Below, one piece after another: positions 1-10,020 of a DNA stretch of 49,291 bases (its first letter is position 1; every line of letters begins with the position of its first letter). Source of the stretch: a virus. Lineage: Duplodnaviria > Heunggongvirae > Uroviricota > Caudoviricetes > Demerecviridae. The notes under the pieces are model-generated. The model had not been told where the DNA came from. It ran no database searches and saw nothing but the letters and a program-made list of their open reading frames with translations. The stretch lies in the IMG/VR virus record IMGVR_UViG_2757320985_000001. One strand, 5' to 3'. Both the position numbers and the translations under genes were made by a program.

Positions 1-2004
1 GGTGTTTATATTGACTCTGATAGCATCACCGAAGTAGCTGTACATTATCTCCAGAAAATTCTGGATAGCAAGAATCATCAGATCGTTTTCCATAACTTGA
101 AGTTCGATATGCACTTTTATTCCTACCATCTAGGACTTTCCTTCGAGAAAGCACATAAAGAGCGTAGACTTCATGATACCATGTTACAACACTATGTTCT
201 TGATGAACGTCGTGGTACTCACGGCCTGAAATCTCTGGCTATGAAGTATACTGATATGGGCGATTACGACTTTGAACTGGATAAGTTTAAGGATGATTAT
301 TGCAAGGCACATAAGATCAAAAAAGAGGATTTCAGCTATGATCTAATTCCTTTCGATATTATGTGGCCATATGCTGCAAAAGATACCGATGCTACTCTGC
401 GTCTGCATAACTTCTTCTTACCGAAAATTGAGAAGAATGAAAAGCTTTGCAGTCTGTACTATGATGTTCTGATGCCTGGTTGTGTATTCCTGCAACGTGT
501 TGAAGATCGTGGTGTACCAATTTCTGTTGATCGCTTGAAAGAAGCTCAGTATCAGTTAACTCACAACCTGAACAAGGCTCGTGAGAAGCTGTATACTTAT
601 CCAGAAGTCGTTCAGCTAGAGAAAGATCAGAACGAAGCGTTTAACCCGAACTCTGTTAAGCAACTTCGTGTTCTTCTGTTTGATTATGTTGGTCTGACTC
701 CAACGGGTAAATTGACGGATACAGGTGCAGATTCTACAAACGCAGAAGCTCTGAACGAACTAGCAACTCAGCACCCGATTGCTAAAACTCTGCTAGAGAT
801 TCGTAAGCTGACTAAGCTGATCTCTACTTATGTTGAGAAGATTCTTCTGAGCATCGATGCAGATGGTTGCATTCGTACCGGCTTCCACGAACACATGACT
901 ACTTCTGGTCGTCTGAGTTCTTCTGGTAAGCTGAACCTGCAACAGTTACCACGTGATGAGTCTATTATCAAGGGTTGTGTAGTAGCTCCTCCTGGATACC
1001 GTGTAATCGCATGGGACTTAACAACTGCGGAAGTTTACTATGCTGCTGTTCTGTCTGGTGACAGAAATATGCAACAAGTATTTATCAACATGAAGAATGA
1101 GCCTGATAAATATCCTGACTTCCACTCAAACATCGCGCACATGGTATTTAAACTGACCTGTGAGCCACGTGATGTTAAGAAGCTGTTCCCAGCTCTGCGT
1201 CAGGCTGCTAAGGCAATTACCTTCGGTATTCTGTATGGTTCTGGCCCAGCGAAAGTAGCTCATTCTGTTAACGAAGCTCTTCTGGAACAGGCTGCTAAGA
1301 CAGGTGAACCGTTTGTTGAATGTACCGTTGCAGATGCGAAGGACTATATCGAAACTTACTTCGGTCAGTTCCCTCAGCTTAAGCGTTGGATTGATAAGTG
1401 CCACGATCAGATCAAGAACTTTGGATTCATCTATAGTCACTTTGGTCGTAAGCGTCGTCTGCACAACATCCATTCCGAAGATCGTGGTGTTCAGGGTGAA
1501 GAAATCCGTTCTGGATTTAACGCAATCATTCAGTCTGCATCTTCTGATAGCCTCCTGTTAGGTGCTATTGATGCTGATGAAGAAATCCTGTCCCTGGGTC
1601 TAGGAAAAGAGATGAAGATCGTCATGTTGGTTCACGACTCCGTGGTTGCTATTGTACGTGAAGATCTGATTGATCAGTATAACGAGATTCTGATTCGTAA
1701 CATCCAGAAGGATCGTGGTATTAGTATCCCTGGCTGCCCAATCGGTATTGATTCTGATTCTGAGAAAGGTGGTTCTCGTGACTACTCTTGTGGTAAGATG
1801 AAGAAACAGCACCCATCAATCGCTTGTATTGATGATGATGAATATACTCGTTATGTTAAGGGTGTATTACTCGATGCAGATTTCGAGTATAAGAAGTTAG
1901 CTACAATGGATAAAGAGCATCCAGACCACAGCAAGTACAAGGATGATAAGTTTATTGCTGTATGTAAAGATCTGGATAATGTGAAAAGGATTTTAGGTGC
2001 TTGA
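1..2004 (+). CDS. pol: DNA polymerase, family A (T5-type), 5' part lies outside the window
   Basis: Frame 1 is open from base 1 (GVYIDSDS...FHNLKFD). It has exonuclease motifs HNLKFD and YAAKDTD and PolA motifs TSGRLSS, DLTTAE, RQAAKAITFGILYG and LVHDS. Confidence 0.97.
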   Translation, partial: GVYIDSDSITEVAVHYLQKILDSKNHQIVFHNLKFDMHFYSYHLGLSFEKAHKERRLHDTMLQHYVLDERRGTHGLKSLAMKYTDMGDYDFELDKFKDDYCKAHKIKKEDFSYDLIPFDIMWPYAAKDTDATLRLHNFFLPKIEKNEKLCSLYYDVLMPGCVFLQRVEDRGVPISVDRLKEAQYQLTHNLNKAREKLYTYPEVVQLEKDQNEAFNPNSVKQLRVLLFDYVGLTPTGKLTDTGADSTNAEALNELATQHPIAKTLLEIRKLTKLISTYVEKILLSIDADGCIRTGFHEHMTTSGRLSSSGKLNLQQLPRDESIIKGCVVAPPGYRVIAWDLTTAEVYYAAVLSGDRNMQQVFINMKNEPDKYPDFHSNIAHMVFKLTCEPRDVKKLFPALRQAAKAITFGILYGSGPAKVAHSVNEALLEQAAKTGEPFVECTVADAKDYIETYFGQFPQLKRWIDKCHDQIKNFGFIYSHFGRKRRLHNIHSEDRGVQGEEIRSGFNAIIQSASSDSLLLGAIDADEEILSLGLGKEMKIVMLVHDSVVAIVREDLIDQYNEILIRNIQKDRGISIPGCPIGIDSDSEKGGSRDYSCGKMKKQHPSIACIDDDEYTRYVKGVLLDADFEYKKLATMDKEHPDHSKYKDDKFIAVCKDLDNVKRILGA

Positions 2005-2494
2005 TTTCAAATTGCCCGTATATGCTTTACGGGCATTTGTATCAATTGAGCAGGAAGGTGATTATTCCGTAATTACAACAAGATATAATAAATATGTGCT
2101 AGATAACAGGGAGTTGCCTGGCACATTCTCTAAACGTAGGTTAGCCTTATTTGAGAAGCGGAAAGAATTACCGTATAAGCTCTACCCTATTCGTGGTAGA
2201 ATATCAATGTTGTCCCAATTAGTTGGGTCAAAGCGTAGCCAGTTCATAGATTCTGATGGAAATCTTATTAACTGGAAGAAAACTACGTTCTATGATGTTA
2301 TCACATCTAAAGTTCTGCATTCTGCAAGAATTTATAATGGAAAGTATCAATGTTATGTGGCCAAAGTTCCATATCCATTCGTGCTATCCTATGTTCCAGC
2401 TTATATAAGCTATATTCTGGTAAATAATAGCCCTGTTATTTATCAAGTCCATCAAGAGGAGCCTGAAATTCCTAGACTTAGAATAAAATTATGA
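1997..2494 (+). CDS. Conserved T5-like hypothetical protein (165 aa) between pol and D10
   Basis: ORF overlaps the pol stop and the D10 start (translational coupling); position matches T5 gene order. Confidence 0.8.
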   Translation: MLDFKLPVYALRAFVSIEQEGDYSVITTRYNKYVLDNRELPGTFSKRRLALFEKRKELPYKLYPIRGRISMLSQLVGSKRSQFIDSDGNLINWKKTTFYDVITSKVLHSARIYNGKYQCYVAKVPYPFVLSYVPAYISYILVNNSPVIYQVHQEEPEIPRLRIKL

Positions 2495-3843
2495 AGGTTG
2501 TTATATCTAATAAAGCCTATTTCAAGCCCGATGATGAACTCTGGGATTATTGTAGTAAGCAAACCACTTATCACATTGAGACAATGACTAGTAAATACCC
2601 TATTATGTATAAGAATAGTGGTGTTGTTGCTAAAGAGATTAAGTGGATCCCCATTACGCGTCTGGATTTACTAGATGCTAAGGGAGTGAAATACGAATTA
2701 GTTGATAAACGCACGTTAGCTCCAGTAGAAATACCAGAACCTCAGTTCAAGCTACGTGAAGAAGATCAGCTTCCTATATATGAAGAGTGTGATGATACTT
2801 GTATTATTAATGGTAAGCCTGGATTTGGTAAAACTATCTTAGCGCTAGCTCTTGCATATAAGTTTGGCCAGAAAACTCTGGTAATCTGCACCAACACATC
2901 CATACGGGAAATGTGGGCTGCAGAAGTTCGTAAATGGTTTGGATTCGAGCCTGGTATTATAGGTTCTGGAAAGTATAATATTGACCCACCAATCGTGGTC
3001 AGTAATATACAAACCGTGAATAAACATGCGAATAATCTTTCTAAGGTGTTCGGTACTGTTATAGTTGATGAAGTTCACCACTGTGTAGCTACAACTTTCA
3101 CTAATTTCCTAGAGATCTCATGTGCTCGCTACAAGATCGGTCTATCAGGTACATTAAAACGTAAAGATGGGCTACAAGTTATGTTCAAAGATTTCTTTGG
3201 ATATAAGATCTTTAGTCCCCCTGTTAATAACACTGTTCCACCCACAATCCATAGGTACTCCGTACCTGTCGAGTTATCAGGAAACCAGAACGTACCATGG
3301 GCACTACGTGCTAATGATGTATATAATCATCCTGAATATCGGGAAACTATTATAAACCTAGCACATTTATATGTGTCTATTGGGCATAAGGTTCTCTTTG
3401 TAAGTGATAGGACGGAACTAATCCAAACAATATTAGAAGCTCTCGCACAACGTGGTGTTACAACCTATGAGATTATAGGTGCAACTCCTTTGGATGACCG
3501 ATTGAGAATCCAGAAAGATGTAGCGGAGGGCAGACCCTGTGTGCTTGCAGCAGCTCAGAGTATCTTCTCAGAAGGTATTTCTCTTAACGAGCTGTCTTGT
3601 TTAATAATGGGAAGTCTCATTAATAATGAATCTCTCATAGAACAGCTAGCAGGTCGCGTTCAACGTATTGTTGACGGAAAACTAGATCCGATCGTTGTAG
3701 ATTTAATTATGAAAGGAGGTACTGGTTTAAGACAGGCTTCTGGACGTATGGCCGTGTATCGCAATAACGCATGGAAAACTATTACTATGACTCCGGAGAA
3801 AGCAGTACAATTAGCTAAAATTGCATTTGGCAACTGCTCATAA
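2491..3843 (+). CDS. D10: SF2 DEAD/DEAH-like helicase D10
   Basis: Walker A GKPGFGKT, DEVH box, SGT motif III, QLAGRVQR motif VI; T5 synteny. Confidence 0.93.
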   Translation: MKVVISNKAYFKPDDELWDYCSKQTTYHIETMTSKYPIMYKNSGVVAKEIKWIPITRLDLLDAKGVKYELVDKRTLAPVEIPEPQFKLREEDQLPIYEECDDTCIINGKPGFGKTILALALAYKFGQKTLVICTNTSIREMWAAEVRKWFGFEPGIIGSGKYNIDPPIVVSNIQTVNKHANNLSKVFGTVIVDEVHHCVATTFTNFLEISCARYKIGLSGTLKRKDGLQVMFKDFFGYKIFSPPVNNTVPPTIHRYSVPVELSGNQNVPWALRANDVYNHPEYRETIINLAHLYVSIGHKVLFVSDRTELIQTILEALAQRGVTTYEIIGATPLDDRLRIQKDVAEGRPCVLAAAQSIFSEGISLNELSCLIMGSLINNESLIEQLAGRVQRIVDGKLDPIVVDLIMKGGTGLRQASGRMAVYRNNAWKTITMTPEKAVQLAKIAFGNCS

Positions 3844-3975
3844 TTATTGTATAATATATACATAAATTTGAGAGAAAGTTTCGGATTGATAAGAAAGTCC
3901 GAAGCAGAAAAATAAAAATTGTACTTGTCAAATCCTCCCGATTTAATGTATAATATATACATAAATTGATGAGAG
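3815..3975 (+). promoter_or_regulatory. Tandem sigma70 promoters of the T5 early (N25-like) type
   Basis: TTGGCA(3827)-17-TATAAT(3850) and TTGTCA(3925)-18-TATAAT(3949). Both are followed by the same ATATACATAAATT..GAGA initial region, and an A-rich UP-like tract precedes the second. Confidence 0.8.
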
Positions 3976-3981
3976 ACAAAA

Positions 3982-4344
3982 ATGAAATTCTTTGATTACG
4001 AGAGAATTTACCTCTTAGCTAGAGGTAACTCCGACCTGATTGTCAAGCTATTTAATAGAATGCTTGCAGAGCCTGATGCTCACCAACTACTGGTCGGTTC
4101 TTCATTCATCTTGAATGAATCAACTATTGTTGATAACCCTTACAAATTGTCTAATAGACAACTGGCAGAATATCTAGGAATTCTAAGTCTACGAAATTAT
4201 GCCGAATATAAGTTTACAAACGATCCGAGTTTGGACATGCAATATGTTCCCGTATGGATACCACGTTCTGTAATCGACACTAACCCACTAATTGCAATCA
4301 ATAAATCGAAGATAATCTTTAAAGAGGAAATAAAATATGGCTAA
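3982..4344 (+). CDS. Conserved T5-like hypothetical protein (120 aa)
   Basis: ORF directly after the promoters, overlapping the D11 start; T5 synteny. Confidence 0.8.
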   Translation: MKFFDYERIYLLARGNSDLIVKLFNRMLAEPDAHQLLVGSSFILNESTIVDNPYKLSNRQLAEYLGILSLRNYAEYKFTNDPSLDMQYVPVWIPRSVIDTNPLIAINKSKIIFKEEIKYG

Positions 4345-5110
4345 GTCTTGGGGCGAAACTACTGGCGGTTCTAACGATAAAATCGACTTCCTGAAATTCA
4401 ACAACGGTGTAACTCGTGTTCGTATCGTTTCTGGTGTTCTTCCACGTTATGTCTACTGGCTGACTAACAAAGATGGTAATGCAGCTCCGTTTGAGTGTCT
4501 GCGTTTCAACCGTACTAAAGAGAGCTTCGTTCGCGGTAAAGCTGACCCGATTCACGAAATGGGCTTCTTCGAGAAAGAGCTGGACAAAGATGGTAATCGT
4601 GTTCCGCTGAAACCGAAGAAAAACTACATTGCTTTCGTTATCGACCGTTCCGATAACAAACTGAAAGTTATGGAAGTTAAAGCTACTATCCTGAAAGGCA
4701 TCCAGTCTATCATGAAGCAGCTTGAACTGGCAGATCCATTCGATATCGATATTTCTATCGAGAAGAAAGGTAAAGGCTTCGATACTGAGTACGATGTACA
4801 GCAGATCGCAGCAATGCAGTTCCAGATGAAACTGAAAGATCCTACCAGTGCTGAGTCTAAACTGCACGCCGCTGATGTTGATATCCTCGGTGAAGCTATG
4901 TGTGATGATACTGGTGAGTTCATCAAGTTCGAAAAAGTTCCTTCTCTGGAAGAAACCTACCCGGTTCCGTCCTACGAAGAGCAGAAAGAAGCTATTCTCG
5001 CCTTCATGGAAGGTCGTGAGAAGCAAGACGGCGGTGACGCTAAGTCTGGTGGTGATGCTGGTTCTCAGAAAGGCATCGACGCTGAAGCTGCTAGCGATCT
5101 GGACGACTAA
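4337..5110 (+). CDS. D11: D11 protein, probable ssDNA-binding/recombination protein
   Basis: 257 aa with an acidic flexible C-terminus (…AASDLDD) typical of phage SSBs, strong codon bias, T5 position upstream of D12. Confidence 0.85.
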   Translation: MAKSWGETTGGSNDKIDFLKFNNGVTRVRIVSGVLPRYVYWLTNKDGNAAPFECLRFNRTKESFVRGKADPIHEMGFFEKELDKDGNRVPLKPKKNYIAFVIDRSDNKLKVMEVKATILKGIQSIMKQLELADPFDIDISIEKKGKGFDTEYDVQQIAAMQFQMKLKDPTSAESKLHAADVDILGEAMCDDTGEFIKFEKVPSLEETYPVPSYEEQKEAILAFMEGREKQDGGDAKSGGDAGSQKGIDAEAASDLDD

Positions 5111-5116
5111 TAAACC

Positions 5117-5144
5117 AAGGGGAGCTACGGCTCCCTTTCTTTTT
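5117..5144 (+). terminator. Rho-independent terminator after D11
   Basis: GGGAGC-TACG-GCTCCC stem followed by TTTCTTTTT. Confidence 0.8.
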
Positions 5145-5149
5145 AACTT

Positions 5150-6127
5150 ATGAGAATACTATTTAGTGCTGATCATCATATCAAATTAGGACAAGATAAA
5201 GTTCCAAAGGAATGGCAGAAGCGTCGCTTCCTGATGCTAGGAGAACGGTTAAATGACATATTCCATAATCATAACTGTGATCTGCATATTGCTGGTGGTG
5301 ATATTCTTGATGTTGCCGACCCATCGTCGGAAGAAATAGAACTTCTTGAACAGTTCATGTCAAGACTTGACCATTCAGGCAAGATCTTCACTGGGAACCA
5401 TGAAATGTTAACTAAAACTATTTCATGTCTGTATCATTATGCAGGAGTTATTAATAAAGTAACAAACGGAAATTGGGAAGTCATTACTAAACCATATCGT
5501 TCTCCTGAATTTGATATTATCCCTTATGATGAAATCCACAAACCAAAGTGGAAACCATCTGAGTCAAAACTATGTTTCACGCATGTTCGTGGTGAAATCC
5601 CTCCACATGTAAAACCAGAGATTGATCTAACGAGGTATAACTGTTATGACACTGTAATTGCTGGCGATTTACATTCTTATACTAATAGTCAAACTGTTGG
5701 TTCTACTAGACTTCTTTATCCAGGATCTCCATTAACTACATCGTTCCATAGAGAACGAACAAAAGGTACAAATGGTTGTTTTATCATTGATACCGACACA
5801 TTAAAAGTAGAATGGATTGAACTTGGTGACTTACCACAACTGATTCGTAAAACAATCGGAGTTGGTGAGGAAATGGAGCCTAGTGACTATGACCGTGTAA
5901 TTTATGAAGTCACTGGTGACGTCGTTCAGTTAAAGTCTATTAAAGATTCTGATCTCTTAGATAAAAAGATTAACCATCGAGTTACTAAAGATGCTAAGTT
6001 AAATCTTGTTGATCTTGATATGTTAGGCGAGCTTGAGCTTTACTTCCGTGAAGTTGAAAAGCTGTCTCAAGACGACATTGATAGAATCTTGGCTAGAGCT
6101 GCTAAATATGTCAAAGATTATAATTAA
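5150..6127 (+). CDS. D12: Recombination nuclease, SbcD/Mre11-like subunit D12
   Basis: Metallophosphoesterase motifs ADHH, GGD, GNHE, HVRG and GDLH. Confidence 0.92.
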   Translation: MRILFSADHHIKLGQDKVPKEWQKRRFLMLGERLNDIFHNHNCDLHIAGGDILDVADPSSEEIELLEQFMSRLDHSGKIFTGNHEMLTKTISCLYHYAGVINKVTNGNWEVITKPYRSPEFDIIPYDEIHKPKWKPSESKLCFTHVRGEIPPHVKPEIDLTRYNCYDTVIAGDLHSYTNSQTVGSTRLLYPGSPLTTSFHRERTKGTNGCFIIDTDTLKVEWIELGDLPQLIRKTIGVGEEMEPSDYDRVIYEVTGDVVQLKSIKDSDLLDKKINHRVTKDAKLNLVDLDMLGELELYFREVEKLSQDDIDRILARAAKYVKDYN

Positions 6128-7946
6128 GACACTAAAATTCAGCAACGTTATGTCTTACGGTAAGGATATCGTAATTCATTTCGATAAGAATCCAGTTACT
6201 CAGTTAATCGGAGGAAACGGTCTAGGGAAGTCCACTATTGCTACTGTTATTGAGGAATTGTTTTATAACAAGAACTCACGTGGTATCAAGAAGGACGCCC
6301 TATTCTCTTGGGGTTCTCCGAAGAAAGAGTATGATATGCATGCTTACTTCTCGAAAGATGAAGATGAGTATGAATTGCATAAAGTAGTTAAATCAACTGC
6401 TAAGGTTACACTGATTAAGAATGGAGAAGATATCAGTGGACACACAGCAACTCAAACGTACAAGATGATTGAAGAGATTATGGGTGGTGACTTCCAAACA
6501 TTCACTAAACTAATCTATCAATCTGTTGGTTCCAATCTAGACTTCCTCAAAGCAACTGATGCAACACGTAAAGCTTTTCTTGTTAATCTGTTCAATCAGG
6601 AACAGTATAAAGAGATGTCAGAAACTATTAAGGCTGATCGTAAAGAAGTGGCAAGTACGTTAAGTAACTTGCAAGGCCAGATGGCCGTAATTACGAAGAT
6701 CCTCAATGGAAAAGGTAATCTCGGAAGTTTACAGGAGCCAGTTGAAGTTCCAGAATTTGATGAAGAACCGTTAGCACAAGAACTTACTGAATCGAAAATT
6801 AAGGCGGCATTAGCCAAGTCACAAGAGGCTAATATTACTAAACTCCGTAATTTGGACAAAGCTGTACAAGTTGCCGAACAATCTTTCGAGCCTTTCAAAA
6901 ATTTCCCTGCGCCCACTGACCAATCTGAAGAGATCTCAAGTGTTACGCGTGACTTAACGATTGTTACCTCACGTGCGGGAGAAGTCAAGAAACGTTATCA
7001 GAAGTTTAAGCAAGAGGCTTCAAATACTGAATGTCCTACTTGTGGTACGCATCTTGATACAACTGCTGCTCAAAAAGCAATGGATATGGCTAGAACAGAA
7101 TATGATCCTCTGTTTAAAGAGAAACAATCTCTTGAAGCTACATTGGAGCAGTTGAAGAAAGAACAAGTCGAGTACACTGCATATACTAGAGCTAAGGATG
7201 CTTTGGATAAGGCAATAGCAGCTAGGGACGAGTTCAAAAATTCAATGAGTGATGCTTCTTTTGAAGAACTCAATGTGCAAATCCTACAGGTGCAAATCCG
7301 ACAATTAGAACAGGAAATCGCAGATGGACGTTCTAAAGTTGCAATTGCCAAAGAGCATAATGCAAATGTCGAATTAGCCAATGCAAAATATAAAGCGAAA
7401 CTAGAACAGATTGAAAAAGCTGAGGCAGAAATGTCTGAGATAACGTCCAAACTGGATGGAGTATCAGAAGCTGTTGCTGATCTTGATATTCTGATCGCTG
7501 CATTGAAAAATCTGGTAGGATATAAACTAGAGCATAGTGTGAAAGTATTTGAGGAATTGATTAATAAATATCTTTCTATTATGACTGGTGGTAAGTTCGC
7601 ACTTGGATTTGAACTTGATGAAACTAAATTACAAGTAGTAATCTTCAATGATGGAAACCGCACCAGTATGGAGAACTGCTCTACTGGTCAGCAGAGTAGA
7701 ATTAACCTAGCAACTCTGTTAGCTATTCGAATGCTGTTAACATCTATTAGTAAAGTTAATATTAATCTTCTGTTCCTTGACGAAGTTATTAGCTTTATTG
7801 ATACGAAAGGACTTGATACTCTCGTTGAATTATTAAATGAGGAAGATAGTCTGAATTCTATCATTGTTTCTCATGGGCATACGCATCCATTAGCCCATAA
7901 GATTACTGTCAAAAAAGATGCAGAAGGATTTTCCTACTTAGAATAA
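6108..7946 (+). CDS. D13: Recombination ATPase, SbcC/Rad50-like subunit D13 (612 aa; start corrected to ATG 6108)
   Basis: Walker A GGNGLGKST, coiled coils with a CPTC zinc hook, signature CSTGQ, Walker B LFLDE. Confidence 0.93.
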   Translation: MSKIIIKTLKFSNVMSYGKDIVIHFDKNPVTQLIGGNGLGKSTIATVIEELFYNKNSRGIKKDALFSWGSPKKEYDMHAYFSKDEDEYELHKVVKSTAKVTLIKNGEDISGHTATQTYKMIEEIMGGDFQTFTKLIYQSVGSNLDFLKATDATRKAFLVNLFNQEQYKEMSETIKADRKEVASTLSNLQGQMAVITKILNGKGNLGSLQEPVEVPEFDEEPLAQELTESKIKAALAKSQEANITKLRNLDKAVQVAEQSFEPFKNFPAPTDQSEEISSVTRDLTIVTSRAGEVKKRYQKFKQEASNTECPTCGTHLDTTAAQKAMDMARTEYDPLFKEKQSLEATLEQLKKEQVEYTAYTRAKDALDKAIAARDEFKNSMSDASFEELNVQILQVQIRQLEQEIADGRSKVAIAKEHNANVELANAKYKAKLEQIEKAEAEMSEITSKLDGVSEAVADLDILIAALKNLVGYKLEHSVKVFEELINKYLSIMTGGKFALGFELDETKLQVVIFNDGNRTSMENCSTGQQSRINLATLLAIRMLLTSISKVNINLLFLDEVISFIDTKGLDTLVELLNEEDSLNSIIVSHGHTHPLAHKITVKKDAEGFSYLE

Positions 7947-7949
7947 AAC

Positions 7950-8432
7950 ATGGCCGTAGATAGTAGAGAGAAAGGTAAACGTGGTGAATATCAGGTAAGA
8001 GATATACTACGTGAACGTACAGGTCTTGAGTGGGAACGTGTTCCAGGTTCTGGTGCTTTTGGCCAGAGCCATGGACTGAAGGGTGACATCTACCTTCCAC
8101 CACAAAGCGGACACATTAGTAAATACTGCTTCGAAGTTAAGTGGTATAAAGATGATAACATATCAAGTAATTTATTTAACGTTGGTGAATCCACTCTAGA
8201 GAAGTGGTGGCAGCAGTGTTCCCGTGAAGGTGAACAGATGAACTCCAAACCAGCCTTAATATTCAAGAAAGACAGAGGACAGTGGTTAATTGCTTTGGAT
8301 AGCTCAGACCCGATGGTCGACAACTTAATGAGTCGTACCCATATGGTGTTAAATAAGAAAGACATGGAAATCGTAATCGGGTTATTCGAACCGTGGTTAC
8401 ATCACGCATCTGTTGAGGACTTAATTAAATAA
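7950..8432 (+). CDS. D14: D14 protein, PD-(D/E)XK nuclease / Holliday-junction-resolvase-like
   Basis: KGKRGE...GD...EVK motif; T5 synteny. Confidence 0.85.
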   Translation: MAVDSREKGKRGEYQVRDILRERTGLEWERVPGSGAFGQSHGLKGDIYLPPQSGHISKYCFEVKWYKDDNISSNLFNVGESTLEKWWQQCSREGEQMNSKPALIFKKDRGQWLIALDSSDPMVDNLMSRTHMVLNKKDMEIVIGLFEPWLHHASVEDLIK

Positions 8433-9307
8433 TGAGTAAATCCTGGGGAAAATTTATTGAAGAGGAAGAAGCTGAGCTGGCTTCTCGTCGCAACCTAATG
8501 ATTGTTGATGGAACTAACTTAGGCTTCCGCTTCAAACATAATAATAGTAAGAAACCCTTCGCTTCAAGTTATGTTTCTACAATTCAATCTCTCGCAAAAT
8601 CCTACTCAGCTAGAACTACAATCGTTCTTGGTGATAAAGGAAAGTCTGTATTCCGTTTAGAGCACCTTCCTGATTATAAGGGCAACCGTGATGAAAAGTA
8701 TGCTCAACGTACAGAAGAAGAGAAAGCACTAGATGAACAGTTCTTCGAGTATCTTCGTGATGCTTTCGAGTTGTGTGAAACCACATTCCCAACTTTCACT
8801 ATTCGTGGTGTAGAAGCAGACGATATGGCAGCTTATATTGTTAAGCTCATTGGTCATTTATATGATCACGTTTGGCTGATCTCTACTGATGGTGACTGGG
8901 ATACTCTATTAACTGATCGAGTTTCTCGCTTCTCCTTCACCACACGTCGTGAGTACCATCTTCGTGATATGTATGAACATCATAACGTTGACGATGTAGA
9001 TCAGTTTATCTCTCTGAAAGCAATTATGGGAGATCTTGGTGATAACATCCGTGGTGTTGAAGGCATCGGTGCAAAACGTGGTTATAATATTATCCGAGAA
9101 TTTGGAAACGTTCTGGATATTATTGACCAACTTCCATTGCCTGGGAAACAGAAATATATACAGAATCTGAACGCATCGGAGGAGCTGCTTTTCCGAAATC
9201 TGATTCTGGTTGATTTACCGACTTACTGTGTAGATGCTATCGCTGCGGTTGGTCAAGACGTACTTGATAAGTTTACGAAAGATATTTTGGAGATTGCTGG
9301 ACAATGA
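8432..9307 (+). CDS. D15: 5' flap endonuclease / 5'-3' exonuclease D15
   Basis: 291 aa with IVDGTN, YKGNR, GVEADD, STDGD and GDLGDNIRGVEGIGAKR (H3TH) motifs, characteristic of T5 FEN. Confidence 0.96.
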   Translation: MSKSWGKFIEEEEAELASRRNLMIVDGTNLGFRFKHNNSKKPFASSYVSTIQSLAKSYSARTTIVLGDKGKSVFRLEHLPDYKGNRDEKYAQRTEEEKALDEQFFEYLRDAFELCETTFPTFTIRGVEADDMAAYIVKLIGHLYDHVWLISTDGDWDTLLTDRVSRFSFTTRREYHLRDMYEHHNVDDVDQFISLKAIMGDLGDNIRGVEGIGAKRGYNIIREFGNVLDIIDQLPLPGKQKYIQNLNASEELLFRNLILVDLPTYCVDAIAAVGQDVLDKFTKDILEIAGQ

Positions 9308-9750
9308 TTAAAATTAAACTAACTCACCCAGATTGCATGCCGAAGATTGGATCTGAAGATGCCGCAGGAATGGATCTGCGTGCGTTCTTTGGCACTAACC
9401 CAAGTGCAGATCTAAAGGCCATAGCACCAGGCAAATCCCTAATGATTGATACCGGTGTCGCGGTGGAAATTCCGCGAGGTTGGTTCGGTTTGGTAGTTCC
9501 TCGCAGCTCTTTAGGTAAGCGTCATCTGATGATTGCAAACACCGCAGGAGTGATCGACTCAGACTACCGTGGTACTATTAAGATGAACCTGTTTAACTAC
9601 GGTTCTGAAATTCAAACACTGGAAAATTTCGAGAGACTTTGCCAGCTAGTAGTAGTACCGCACTACTCGACACATCATTTTGAAATCGTTGACGAACTAG
9701 AGGAGACTGTACGTGGAGAAGGTGGATTTGGAAGCTCAGGAAGTAAATAA
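9304..9750 (+). CDS. dut: Trimeric dUTPase
   Basis: Motifs AAGMDL, PRSS, GVIDSDYRG, ERLCQ and RGEGGFGSSG. Confidence 0.97.
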   Translation: MIKIKLTHPDCMPKIGSEDAAGMDLRAFFGTNPSADLKAIAPGKSLMIDTGVAVEIPRGWFGLVVPRSSLGKRHLMIANTAGVIDSDYRGTIKMNLFNYGSEIQTLENFERLCQLVVVPHYSTHHFEIVDELEETVRGEGGFGSSGSK

Positions 9751-9982
9751 CTATAACTATTCAGATCCTAATATGGTGGGTAATTTTGAGCAGTCAAATA
9801 CTTATCATGTTGCAGTTGCTGAACCTAACCTGAATAATGTAGTTCTTAAAGTAGATCGTGAAGGTAATGTAATCCATTGGGATGAAGACGCTTTTGTCGA
9901 ACTGTGTAGTAAGTCTGAAGATCCTACACTCAGAGCTATGTTAGCAGTATTTAATTTAGGTGTTATTGCCGGAAGTAGATAA
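9713..9982 (+). CDS. Hypothetical protein (89 aa)
   Basis: GTG start with GAGGAG 7 nt upstream; overlaps the end of dut and ends just before the terminator. Confidence 0.55.
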   Translation: MEKVDLEAQEVNNYNYSDPNMVGNFEQSNTYHVAVAEPNLNNVVLKVDREGNVIHWDEDAFVELCSKSEDPTLRAMLAVFNLGVIAGSR

Positions 9983-9986
9983 TAAT

Positions 9987-10020
9987 AAACCCCAGTGGAT
10001 TGTCCACTGGGGTTTTCTTT
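9987..10020. terminator. Bidirectional terminator between the early and late transcription units
   Basis: AAACCCCAGTGGA-TTG-TCCACTGGGGTTT hairpin with T/A tracts on both sides, between convergent genes. Confidence 0.88.

Noticed and set aside
4319-5026. 235-aa ORF antisense to D11
   Set aside because: Same codon-aligned shadow effect in a highly biased gene.
1-9750. Introns, inteins or homing endonucleases in the replication genes
   Set aside because: All genes are contiguous and of expected T5 size, with no LAGLIDADG/GIY-YIG/HNH insertions or intein motifs seen.
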